The translations under genes and the position numbers were made by a program. Source: Dicyema japonicum (lineage: Eukaryota; Animalia; Dicyemida). From it: DNA of 64,000 nt. Shown here one piece after another: positions 26,734 to 38,349 of the stretch (positions are counted from its first letter, which is position 1; each line of letters opens with the position of its first letter). The stretch spans positions 445,080 through 509,079 of the forward strand of contig RDEW01000021.1 in assembly GCA_011109175.1 (NCBI GenBank), written 5' to 3'. The notes under the pieces are model-generated. The model ran no database searches and was not told the origin of the DNA. It saw nothing but the letters and a program-made list of their open reading frames with translations.

Positions 26734-28191
26734 ATTTAGATAACCACATGAATCGAGGTGTTAGATTATTCTGGTAGAGATTGTAACATTATTTTTTAAT
26801 TTCTCTATTTCTATAATATTTTAAATTTTATTTATTTTTTATTAATAAAAATTTATTAGGTAAAAGAAAAGTTAGTTGTTATGGCGAGGTTTCATTCTGA
26901 CCTTCAGGATTTGAGAACACAATGGAGTTACCTCTCATAATCGCTATTCCAATGTTCTGGAAGAGCCATTGTGTCATTCTAGGCTCACATTGGATATTCG
27001 TGTAGACTTGGCGAGCCTCCGCTGTGGTCATTACATGGATTTACGTTCCCATCTGATCAGAATAGAACAAACTTTGTCCATCCTGACTTCTTGACCAAAA
27101 TACGAGCCACCCCCTATCTATTCCACTTTCGAGTTTTTCACAGCATCTAAAACACCTGATGGATTTTTGAGAACGTCCATTCTTAGTTGTGACTTTCTTG
27201 TTAGCATCCTTCACTCGAAGAGATCGGGGATAATAAAATAAGAGTTTGAAGGAACCCCATTTGAGAAATACCCCCAATATGATTGTAAAAGTATTTACTT
27301 TAAATATTTAAATTCATCAAATGCATTTTATAATATTTCTGTTAAAAATCACATAGTGACTTTATTTTTTCTAAAATTTTTTAGGGGAAAACGATTTATA
27401 AACAAAAAAAGAAAGATTTAGATGGTTAATCCTTTGCAGACATGGTTGCGTACGCGTTTCCACGTTATACGGCAATTCTAATTCGTTGTATAAACCAGAA
27501 CGATTCGCGGGGTTCTTTTTTTCGGCTTGCTAGTTTCCTCCTATTTCTTCAGAAAGGCAACAGTAAGGGATCATACGGCTCCCGACGTTTCTATAGCCAC
27601 TGGTGTGAATCGGTATTTCCTCTAAAATATTTAAAATTTACCTTTTTCTGTTATCCAAACAGAAAAAAACAGAAACCTACTATTTCAGATGCTGACCGTG
27701 CTAAAACATTATTTAAACGAGACTGGACTGTTATGTTCAAAAATTATTCATTGAATAAAACTAGAACCAACTTTGTCTTACCTGCTCTTGCATTGACAAA
27801 TGAAAACTGATCTTGACTCAGAGCTCTTCTATGTTAATGCAAAAACAACAACTACAGCCAAAATGACCTAAAGGCCCGTAAAATGCTGCACAAAGACTAT
27901 AGAAAGACTGCAGCGTCTAACTTATTATTAAGAAAAAAGATGTTATCTTATTTTTCTGAAAAAGAAGTGAAGGAAATCCTGAGTCTTTTATCTGCCCATT
28001 TTATCCTGTGCTCATGAGGAACCTTACTCTTTCGGATGAACATAGTGAATTCCCTTGTTCTTGGCAAAGCCGGATGAACCCGTAGCCATTCCTTCGTATT
28101 GACGACTCCAAAAAAAAGTAGAGTCTTAGGAGCTGATTTTGTTTAATGACGTCCAAGAGAGTGCATACTTCTATGAACCACAAACGTATTC

Positions 28192-28900
28192 TATGGCGAT
28201 TTTTATTTTGACTTTATAAATCGGAAATTTTGACCTAAAAATTGACTTCATTGACTTTAAAATTTCAAAATTTTGACATTTTTGGCTTGAAATTTCTCTG
28301 CAAAAATTTTTTTCTAATATATAAAAAACTAATCAAAATCTTTATTAAAATACAGAATAATCTAATTCAAAACGTTTTCGGGTTTAAAATTTCGGTCTTT
28401 AGATATTAATTTTTCCAATAAAGAAAAACTTCTCTCAACAAATAATGATGTGGAAGGACACTTTTTTAGATAGTTGTATACATATGGAGAAATATGTTGT
28501 TTTTCTATTTTTGTGATAGAAAGCACTTGATTGACAGATAATCTTGATTCCAGTACTTCCTGATTCCACATAAATCGTCCTCGAAATTCAATTTCTGAAT
28601 GTGTTCTACAGCGTCTTCCAGATCTATCCCAAAATTCCTTAGAACATCTATTTCAAAATTCCTTAATCTAAGAGTTAGCCTCAGTAGACAATGAGGACAA
28701 GATATTAAAAATATTTTCTTGGGATCAGAAATTCTTCCAATAAGTGACATATTTCTGTCCTCGGATATCAGTTTCATCAATCAAAAAAAATTTCAGATAT
28801 ATAATGAATGAAAATAAAACCTGTAAAGCTGCTTCTGGGATAAGTCTTCTACAATTTTTCGGCAAGCGTAAGTAGAAGGAAGATTATGTTCAGTTCTCTC
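28192..28900 (-). mobile_element. CGGBP1/DUF659-like hAT remnant including the C-terminal region
   Basis: TIR-like TATGGCGATTT at 28192. Peptides LEDAVEHIQKLNFEDDLCGI and LESRLSVNQ...STSLFVERSFSLLEKLISKDRNF match the 13343 ORF. Confidence 0.82.
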
Positions 28901-29149
28901 AAACAAGTCTCATAAGCTTTTACTGTTTATTTATGCAAGGGAATATAGGATTCGACAAAAGCCATAGTAATTTATCGACCCATTTTTTGGTAAATGGAAA
29001 GGGAAAATCAATGGGTTTTATATTATTGACAACTATAAAATAGTAATAAAAATAATAAACCTGCTAATTTGATATGCTTCATAGACAATCAATGTGATTC
29101 AATAAAAATTGCTTTTTTACAGTTACAAATGTTAAAGCAAATTCTCGTT

Positions 29150-29600
29150 ACCTGTAAACACTGTTTATGGTTTGCTTGTGTCATGTTTTTCGATTATCCT
29201 TTCCGTTAGTTCCATCTTTTTCGTTGTCGTGCTCGTTTCCTGATTTCGTCCAGATCGTCCGCATTTATCAGATGGCCCCCATCATTGCGTAATCGTCCGC
29301 GAATGTCCTTGGAAGACAACTTCTTGGACGTCCTCTGAATGCAGGAGATACAGTATGGCCGAAAAATTCTTCCATTGCAGCATTGCATGGTGTCTGTTCA
29401 TCCGTAGAATATGTCTAAAAAGGCGCCAGCGTGGTTCAAGTACGTTCGGACTTATTAGTCAATTTATTGTTTAAGATTTTCTTTGGCCAAGAGTATCCAA
29501 AGAGTATTCTTAGTTGGCCTCTGTGAAAAAGTCAAGTTGTTCCATAGTTACAACTGTGCCACATAAATTCCAAAAAAAATTCCTTGTGAGTTGATAGAAA
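29150..29600 (-). mobile_element. RTE-clade LINE 3' fragment
   Basis: It encodes FRGRPR..LPRTF.DD and ADDLDEIRKRARQRKRW, and is homologous to 8160-8330. Confidence 0.7.
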
Positions 29601-29903
29601 ATTCATCAGGATATTTTCAAAAACAGAGTTAATCTTTTCAAGTCATTTTGATTGAACGGGGCAACATAGTGAATGATGATACAGTTAATTTTCTGTTTAA
29701 TGAACGCGACTTTTCTTTATTTTTAATGCGTTCATTAAAATAAATAATGAATAAATTTGTTAAATTGTTAAAATCAATTTAATTAATTTAAGAAAAATCA
29801 AGATTCTTTATTTTATTTAATTTATTTATGATTATTAATAAATAAATTAAATAATTAATAAATAAATTAAATAAAATAAATAATCATAAAATCAGTTATT
29901 TAC

Positions 29904-30085
29904 GAGCCGGGTGGAATAGTGGTTAAGTGTCGAGCTAAAGTGACTTAGGTTACGGGTTCGATTCACCTGGAGGAAGGTTCCACGCATCTACGATGCTAAA
30001 AAGGCTTGACGAGTGACGCCGTCATCAGTGGAATCTCACTGCGGAACTGGATAGTCAAAAAGAACCCACACACAAGAAAAAGAAA
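29904..30085 (+). mobile_element. tRNA-derived SINE, apparently full length (about 180 bp)
   Basis: A-box-like TGGAATAGTGG (29912-29922), B-box GGTTCGATTC (29955-29964) and acceptor-like pairing CCGGGT/ACCTGG. The non-tRNA body and purine-rich tail are shared with 46195-46274. Confidence 0.8.
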
Positions 30086-30199
30086 ATAGAAGTGAAGATC
30101 ATTTCTTGGTTCTACAATTAGTTAAAATTAACTGTTCTTTACTTAAATAAAGTGTGTGTCCTGCATATGCGGAGCTAATACCACGGCTCCGTGAAAAAG

Positions 30200-31240
30200 G
30201 CTGTTTTATTATTATCGAATTTCTCTTTTTTTAATTTCTAATAAATTATTACGCAGCATTCCGAGAATTGATAATCCACTATTTCCGTATTTTAAAAAGT
30301 ATTTTTCAAGTTCTTCAATATGATTTATCACGTCTGCATACCCAATTTCCTTTATTTTTTCGAGTTCATTGTTATCTCCATCTTCTTCAAAGCTTTCAAA
30401 ACTTGACACTTGGATTTTTTCCAAGAATTCTTCATCATTAAACAAATTTTCATTGTTTGTAGAAAAGTCATTGAAATCATATTTTTTGGAGCTGAAATTA
30501 TCTAGGGTTTTATTCGATGCATTTAAATTTGTTTCATTTTCTTTCTCGGTTTTTTCTTCCTCTGTAATTTTCCAATTTTTAAACGCCTTTTCAAAACAAT
30601 TTTTTATTGTATCTTTCGAAACATTTTCTCACGATTGAAGGTAAAAAATTGATTAATTTAAATTCTTTTAATTTCTCCTCATGTATTTGTCTTCGATCAT
30701 GCTTAAATTTTTTCTCAAGCTTTTTTTTGTATTTTGATCTAAAAGAATTTATGATCCCTTGATCCAAAGATGGTAATTTCGATGTTGTATTTGTTGGTAG
30801 ATAAAACAATTCAATGTTTGTGAAGATTTCATCTATGCAATGAACACTAGCATTGTCTAGAAGTAACAAAATTTTTCTATTATCGACTTGCATTCTTTCA
30901 TTTAATTTTTTTATCCATTTTACAAAAATTGATGTATTCATCCATCTTTTTTTACTGAATGGATATTGTATTTTCATTTTTTTAAGTCCAAATTTTTAAA
31001 TTCATTTTGTTAGCAATTTTAAGCGTCATTTCCTGAAGCATATCATTAGTAATAGTATGGTTGTATTTTCTTTTATTTTTTATCCACTCATAAAAAAATG
31101 TGTAAATTATATCATTAATAGTGACAGTTGTAATATTTTTTGCATTTTCCAATTTTTTTGCTGCAATTATTGTATTTTTCTTTATTTTTAAATTAAAATT
31201 TATCGTTTCAACAGGCATTTTAAATTTTCTGCTTAGAAAA
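30200..31240 (-). mobile_element. pogo/Tigger transposase (CENP-B HTH plus DDE_1), frameshifted
   Basis: Motifs read FYEWIKNKR...ITNDMLQE, WMNTSIFVKW, KILLLLDNASVH and LPTNTTSKLPSLDQGII. Confidence 0.92.
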
Positions 31241-32547
31241 GCTTGAGTGATGACGGAAAATTTTTCTTTGTACTCGATAACTATTTTTTCTGTTTGAAAG
31301 AGTATGTTTTCCTCATTTTCTTAACATTACTAACTTTGCTTGTACGTTTGAAAAATTCTGTATTTAATTATTAATTTAATAAGATTCATTAATAAAAATT
31401 CATTAAATTTAAAATTTAGGAGGAATATCATTAAAAATTGAAATTTGGATTTATTAAGTAAAATATTCATTAAATGAAAAATTCATTAAACAAATATCAA
31501 TTGTATTTGATCCCACGCTAGTATTTTATTTAAAAATTCAAAAAATTAATAAATAAAAATCAATAAAAAATTTGACTTTATTGCTTTAAAAATTAAAATT
31601 TGACCTTTTTTGACATTACCAAAAATTTTGACTTTTTTGGACTAATTCAATAATCAATAATCTGTCAACATAGTAAAAAGGACAAAACTTATAAATAGGC
31701 ATCGGATACTTCCTAACAGTCACTAGCTGACAAAAAAACAATAACTTACAATCCGATGTTCAATTAGTCCTTCTACCCCACAAACTAAATGAATAGATCC
31801 ATAATCAAGACTTGAACAGTGTTATCTAAGAGAACCATGTCATCGGTTCTACCACCTCAGTCCGGGTTGACTGATAAACCGATTGGTTATTAAAACACCT
31901 TAGTTCATCACGACAAACACAGAGCACTAAATAATTTAAATAAAAAATAAATTTTTTTAATACGTCAAAGCTTTTGCTTATAAACAGATTTTTCTGTAGA
32001 ACCCGGATTTCTTCATAAATAAGAGTTGCCGGTCCAAGAGAAAAATTATGCGAGTCAACACATCATTCCGCTTCAGAAGAAAAAGAGCAAATCCATCAAT
32101 TTTTTCCTAAATGAATTAAACAGTCCACTTGGCCCAAAAAATATCTGAGATTCTTCAGGATACCCCAACCCCTTCACCCAGAGACGTCGAGTCAACACAT
32201 CATTCCGCTTCAGAAGAAAAAGAGCAAATCCATCAATTTTTTCCTAAATGAATTAAACAGTCCACTTGGCCCAAAAAATATCTGAGATTCTTCAGGATAC
32301 CCCAACCCCTTCACCCAGAGACGTCTACCACTGTGACCCTTTTATGGGACAATTCTCTATCACAATCACGAAAAATCCAGGTAAAAGACACGGAAGTTGT
32401 ACGATGGTTGTTAATGTACCTTCTGTTCACGATGTGATCTTTAAAAACCCTTCAATTTCACACATACTCCAAGGTATTGTGATTGATTCATACATTTGAT
32501 TGCTCCAGTATTTGCTCAAATTTATTTATACTCTAACAGAAGCATAT

Positions 32548-32760
32548 TTAAAACTGCCATCCATCCAAAGTGGACCCCGCCGACATTATCGACGTTGCGT
32601 TGCCTCTCACGATTGCAACAGAGATCAACTGGAGTAGCCACCGGGTCTCACGTGCGTCGTGGCTTTTTAGTGTAGCTAAGCGTCCAAGTTTCTTTAGGAA
32701 GCGAAGCGATTTTCCACTTATTCCTCCAGTTGTCTCGACCACTCTAACAGAAGTATATCA
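32548..32760 (-). mobile_element. CRE-like non-LTR retroelement, C-terminal REL endonuclease fragment
   Basis: VETTGG...FLKKLGR...WLLQLISVAIVRGNA matches the 'QR.S.AIQRGNA' C-terminal signature. Confidence 0.7.
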
Positions 32761-32779
32761 TCTTCATAAATTAACATTT

Positions 32780-33400
32780 TGTATTTGAGTTTTCCACCTT
32801 TGGAATGTCACACATCACAAAAATAAGAGTGGACTTAAGACAGACCCTAGTGGAACCCCTCTATTTAACAAAATTTTCTTTGATAGTTGATCCCCAACGC
32901 TTCTCTTCCAAAAAGAAAATCCTTCATCCATAAAAATCTCGTACTTCCAACATTTAATAAGATAGAGTCCGCCAGCATGCCAAACACTATATAAAGCCTT
33001 AGAAATGTCCAGACACGTGGCCGTAAGGCATTCTTTATTCCTTTTAGCTATACATATAAAATTCTTTGATTATGAAACAACCTCTCCCCCTATTCCTGTG
33101 GAAACCCCAACTGATCTGGAGAAAAAACTTTTAGTCTTCAATATGATAATCTTTTGAAAATAATTCTTCCATGATTTTTGAGGTACAGTCAAACCCATCT
33201 GAACCGACTCCTCGGTATACCGGAATTCCCTTAAAACCGGACTAAACTTCTGGTCCCGATTCACCTCATAGGCCATCACTGCTATTTCATCTTCGATATA
33301 CCGGATCTCCTCTATTCCGAATACCGGCCGTATTTTGTGGTCCCAACTTGAATTTTCTTTTATCATAAACCGGCCTTCTGACATCAATCTTTGATCTAAT
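32780..33400 (-). mobile_element. Decayed APE-type LINE RT fragment
   Basis: Fragments read TCLDISKALYSVWHAG and RGVPLGSVLSPLLF. Confidence 0.75.
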
Positions 33401-33469
33401 CATATTTAATCGTCTTTAACTTTGAATTGCGAACAACTCGACAGAAAATCAAAAACTAAAAGATGATAG

Positions 33470-34500
33470 CTCCGCAAGAACACTTCACAGTGGATCTAAA
33501 AAGTCGAAGGAACGTCTTACTGTAATGCCTGCATGCAGTTCGACAGGAGAAAAGCTAAAGCCAATTGTAATTACTAATATTTTTCTGAAATTATAATAAT
33601 CTTTCAAAGCTTCAGGAAACAAATTGAAAATGTTCTCTTCAAGTGTATTCATCGCTGTTATTTTTTCCAAATGAGAATAGGTACATTTTACTCCGTCGTA
33701 TATATTCTCGTCATCATTTTCTACTTCATTTTTAGTATATCTTTAATTATGTTATCTAAACTCTCCATTATTCACCAATGAGAGAGTTTGAAAACGACAT
33801 CAATTTTCTTCCAACAATTAGTAACTGATTCAGTGTATTTGTTGTCTTCCCAACAATAATGAATATTTGTCTGAGATTTACTTGCTTTAAATTCAACATT
33901 GTAAATGTATCATCCTCAAAAGATAGGGTAAAATCCATCATATTATTTAAATATTTGGATTTAAACGATTTAATAACTATCTAAGGGTTGAATTAATGAT
34001 GTTGCATTTTTTGGTAGGAAAATAGCTCAATGTTAGAAAAATGATTATTCTTGTGACAACTTGCATTGTCAAGCAAAAGGACAATTTTTCGGTTGTGTTG
34101 AATCATTTCTTAGTTGACAATGTTCAACCAAGTAATAAATATATCAGATGTCATCCAACAATTTTTAGAAAACGAATATAAAACTCCGTGCTCTTCAGGG
34201 TTAAAATTTTTCATACAACGTGGCGATTTATATTTTCCTAATAATAATGGCTTCAATTTTTCGCCACAAGCACTGACCGACAAAAGAATTTGACTTTTTC
34301 TTTACTTTTTTTAATTCCAAAACAATCTTAATCTGAAGTTACAAATGATTTTGATGTTATTCTTTTAATGTACAATCCCGTTTCATCGCAGTTGAAAATA
34401 TTTTCAATGCCATAGTTATTAACATAGTCATCGTACTTATCAAAAAAATTCCAAGGCAAGAAATATCACACGAATTTTTTTCATTTTCCCGTTAAGTTTT
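33470..34500 (-). mobile_element. Second pogo/Tigger remnant, with a short inverted piece at 33470-33580
   Basis: The minus strand reads NIFNCDETGL and KLKPLLLGKYKSPRC. The plus strand reads GSKKSKERLTVMPACSSTGEKLKPIVI. Confidence 0.75.
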
Positions 34501-35146
34501 AGTCTTCCAATTCAACTTCCACTCCATTCTTGGGGACACAAGCAAGTGCGAACCATACTCAACTTGTGTAATCTTAGTGCAATCCTTGGAACTCGAATCA
34601 AGACATCGAGTCTACGATAACTGAGATCTTAAGGATCTTTGACTGATGATGAACCTCATGGTAGTCCGATTTGGGTTACGTCGTTATTTCAGCATTCAAG
34701 TGAACCATATATCGTAACGGATCCTCCTTGATCTAGTGAGCATGACTTCGCTTAAGGATCTTTGACTGATGATGAACCTCATGGTAGTCCGATTTGGGTT
34801 ACGTCGTTATTTCAGCATTCAAGTGAACCATATATCGTAACGGATCCTCCTTGATCTAGTGAGCATGACTTCGTTGTCTCTGCGGAGAGCATGGAGTGGT
34901 CAATTATGCGGATATAGCCTCGGAGTGGATATAACCTTTCTAAAAAACCCAAGATTTAAAGATAATCTTTTATAAGGAGATAACTTTGTGATAAAAGTCA
35001 CAATATATTTTTTCAGTGATAACGACGAATAAAATATTATCTTATTTTTTAAATAAAAATTATAAAGAATAATAATAAATATTTAAAAAACTTACTAATT
35101 TATTCAAGAATTTGAATTCACTTTGTTGTTATATTTCGCATATTAA

Positions 35147-35726
35147 ATGGCAAGTAAAAAGACAATGAAAAAGCCTCAAAGGAGGCAACAAAGAAGCACA
35201 TCAAACATATTTGCGATGATTGAGACTGACCAGATCAAGAGATTCAAGGAGGTCTTTGCAATTATCGACCAAGATAACGACGGAATTATTTCAAAGAATG
35301 ACCTCAGAAACACCTACAACAGTCTAGGTAGGAAATTTATTTCTATTGGCAGGAATAAATCCTAAAGAGGGTGATCTCGACGAAATGTTAGCTGAAGCTC
35401 AGGGAAATCTTAATTTTACGATGTACTTGGCCATGTTTGGGGAGAGACTGAAGGAATCTGACCCCGAGAATGTAATTGCCAGTGCCTTTGCCTGTCTGGA
35501 CGCTGAGGGAAATGGTAGTGCTTCCGTTTTATTTCACAGGGTACTTAATGGAGGACGAACTGAGGGGATATTTGACTTCAATGGGGCAGCGAATGACTGA
35601 CGATGAGGTACCGCACCGTCTGACTCGTAGATCGACATAATTTTCAGGGATGCCAAAGTAAAGGACCAGAAGCTGTTGTACAAGGAGTGTGCGGCTATGC
35701 TCAAGCAGGGGCGGAAGGATGAATAA
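35147..35726 (+). CDS. MRLC: Myosin II regulatory light chain, 4 exons, 168 aa
   Basis: Motifs include QRSTSNIFAM, EF-hand DQDNDGIISKNDL and NFTMYLAMFGERL. Introns lie at 35328-35352 (25 nt), 35515-35539 (25 nt) and 35608-35630 (23 nt). The spliced frame is open to ...KQGRKDE*. Confidence 0.96.
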
Positions 35727-35779
35727 ACTAATTTGATTAATTTAAAAAAGTTGTTCTGTGTGGTCTATTAGAATTTATT

Positions 35780-36469
35780 ATATTAAATTTTTGTTATTGG
35801 ATAGAATGATTATATTGTCTAGTGGTGTAATGATGGTTGGTTTTTCCCAGTCTGAAAAAGTCATTCCCATGGACGCGTCCACAGAATATTTAATAAATGG
35901 AGTTCGAGAAAGTGTGGATTTGCCTGTTCATGGCCATTTTAATGCCCAAGTCAATTACAGTAACGGTCCTCAACAGACCAGCTCAACTTTGTGTTCTCTG
36001 AATGCTATCTGCGACTCTATTGACTCTTCTAATCCCGGAGAATGGATCTCATCTCTTTTAAATTGTGTCAAAGACCGCCTCAAACGAGTACCTAGAGGAG
36101 GGTGGCCATTCATAGCCAATTATTTCAATTCTAAATTTGGAAAAAAGAAATCCGTTTATGAGTTGAAGAGACTTGTCTCCTGTCATCAGAATAATAGTAC
36201 AATACCTAAAATTGGAAATAAAATGGATAAGGCACCTGATTTGGCATTATACAATAAAACCTTTGAAGAATTATTGAGTCAGATTGATGCAAATATTATT
36301 ATTATTACCCCAAATAGTTCAAAGAAAATCGATGAAAGGCGTCAAACAAGGAAGATTCCTTTCTAGTTTGTAAATGACAATTTAATTGAAATGCTAAATA
36401 AATCTTTAATCGAATATACATCGAATAACATACCTTCAAGTATTGAAGACATTTCATGTTTGATATACT
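35780..36469 (+). mobile_element. Probable N-terminal part of an R4/Dong-like non-LTR retroelement, running into the assembly gap
   Basis: A Myb-like WPFIANYFNSKFG segment and LNKSLIEY...IEDISCLIY resemble the pre-RT region of REL elements. This rests on pattern recall only. Confidence 0.45.
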
Positions 36470-36709
36470 NNNNNNNNNNNNNNNNNNNNNNNNNNNNNNN
36501 NNNNNNNNNNNNNNNNNNNNNNNNNNNNNNNNNNNNNNNNNNNNNNNNNNNNNNNNNNNNNNNNNNNNNNNNNNNNNNNNNNNNNNNNNNNNNNNNNNNN
36601 NNNNNNNNNNNNNNNNNNNNNNNNNNNNNNNNNNNNNNNNNNNNNNNNNNNNNNNNNNNNNNNNNNNNNNNNNNNNNNNNNNNNNNNNNNNNNNNNNNNN
36701 NNNNNNNNN
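36470..36709. other. Assembly gap (240 N)
   Basis: Run of N. Confidence 1.
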
Positions 36710-38349
36710 ATTATCGTAAAGTTAGAACTTCTGTTTTTTTTGGTTGTGGTGGTGACGACACCTCTATTGCATTATGTCTTAATCGTATTCCTTACCGACT
36801 TCTCTGTTCACTCTGGGATCTTTTAATTGCAGAAGACTTAAACAACCTTACAGAAACACCAACTGGCATGCGATCTAATAAAATATGACATCTTTGTCTG
36901 CTGTTGCAAGAGACAAAAACGACTGTACAATCAACAGAACTGTTTGGCAGATTCCATCTTTTTACCCTTCCACTGGTCTGCTCACATAATGGTTTCGGAT
37001 TTTCTGATTCGCTGTGTTACAATAGTGTGGGCAGCATCTGACATTATAATGAAAATGGCGGACACATGAACTACCTAGAGAACTAATGCGCAACGGAAGA
37101 TCATCTTCGCAGCTGACGAAGAGGATGACTTAGAATACGGCACAAGGGAAACTTAACTAATTTTATGTTTTCTCGAGAGTGCTTTTTAATATTTAATAAT
37201 AGAACTTTTGTCACGCATAAACAACCTGGGAATTTGATTGTCGACATTCTGTATCCCGGGAAAAGTTCACATATAATATTTTACTACCGACCGGAGACAA
37301 GATGATATAGAACTCAATCTTAGAGTGCTTTTTAATATTTAATAATAGAACTTTTGTCACGCATAAACAACCTGGGGGTTTGATTGTCGACATTCTGTAT
37401 CCCTGGAAAAGTTCACATATAATATTTTACTACCGACCGGAGACAAGATGATATAGAACTCTATCTTTAGATAGAATTTACCACCATACAAGGAAAAAAA
37501 AATTATGGAACTAATCTTTAATCTCCTGAACTCATTTTCCGCCAAAAAGGACATCCTCAAATATTATAGAAACTGTCTTAACGTCAGAGCTGCAACCATA
37601 ACAAAATGTGCCTCCACCCCGTATAACTTCCTGAAACCGACGCCTATGCTTCGCGGGCCTATGGTGTGTCAGTTTCAAATTACAAAACTGTAAACTCTCT
37701 AAAGAAAATGGTCCGTCTACCTCACATCAAAATTCACTTCTTCCCTATTCTACTCGACTCTTATGTCTGCGGTGTCGAATTTGATCGTCTTTTTAGATCA
37801 GCGGTAGAAGCCGTTGAAACCGGAAAAAACCCACATTCTGGATAGAGGAAAACAGTGGGAACCATGGAGAAATATCACAAAATTTTGCGTGACTGTCCTA
37901 AATATGAGAATCACTTGATTAGTCGGTTTAACTATTTCTCGGTGTTCCTTTTTTTGGAGTTAAAAAATCAAGTGTGGGGAGTTAGCAAAAAACTAATTGA
38001 AAAAATAAAGGATATTAAATTGATGTAGAAACTATTCACTCGGCAGACAAAAATGAAAGAAATTCTGTTTTAAAGGCGAAACGACGAAAAAGGCAATGTT
38101 GTGTAAAATTCTTAAGACAAAAAGGCATATTTTTTTTAAAAATAGAAAAAATCAAAATACACTCGACCCTCGCAAATTGGCCAATTTTTAATTTAAATTT
38201 TTAAAAATAAAAATTTAATTAACACATGTAATCCAATTCCTTTCGTGGACGCTATACTCGGCTTACTTTTAATGAAAAAACTCAAATTGTTAATTGTAAA
38301 GAAGAAAATGATGATATTTCGTGCCAGCGATTAGCTGATAGATTCTCAA

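Noticed and set aside
29906-29970. Possible tRNA gene
   Set aside because: The anticodon arm does not pair properly and the sequence continues into a repeated non-tRNA body, so it is interpreted as a SINE head.
30004-30045. CTGATGA/TTGACGA motifs suggesting a hammerhead ribozyme in the SINE body
   Set aside because: No GAAA follows stem II on either strand, so the catalytic core is incomplete.
36391-36888. 165-aa and 87-aa ORFs in the ORF track
   Set aside because: They are open only because they span the 240-N gap.
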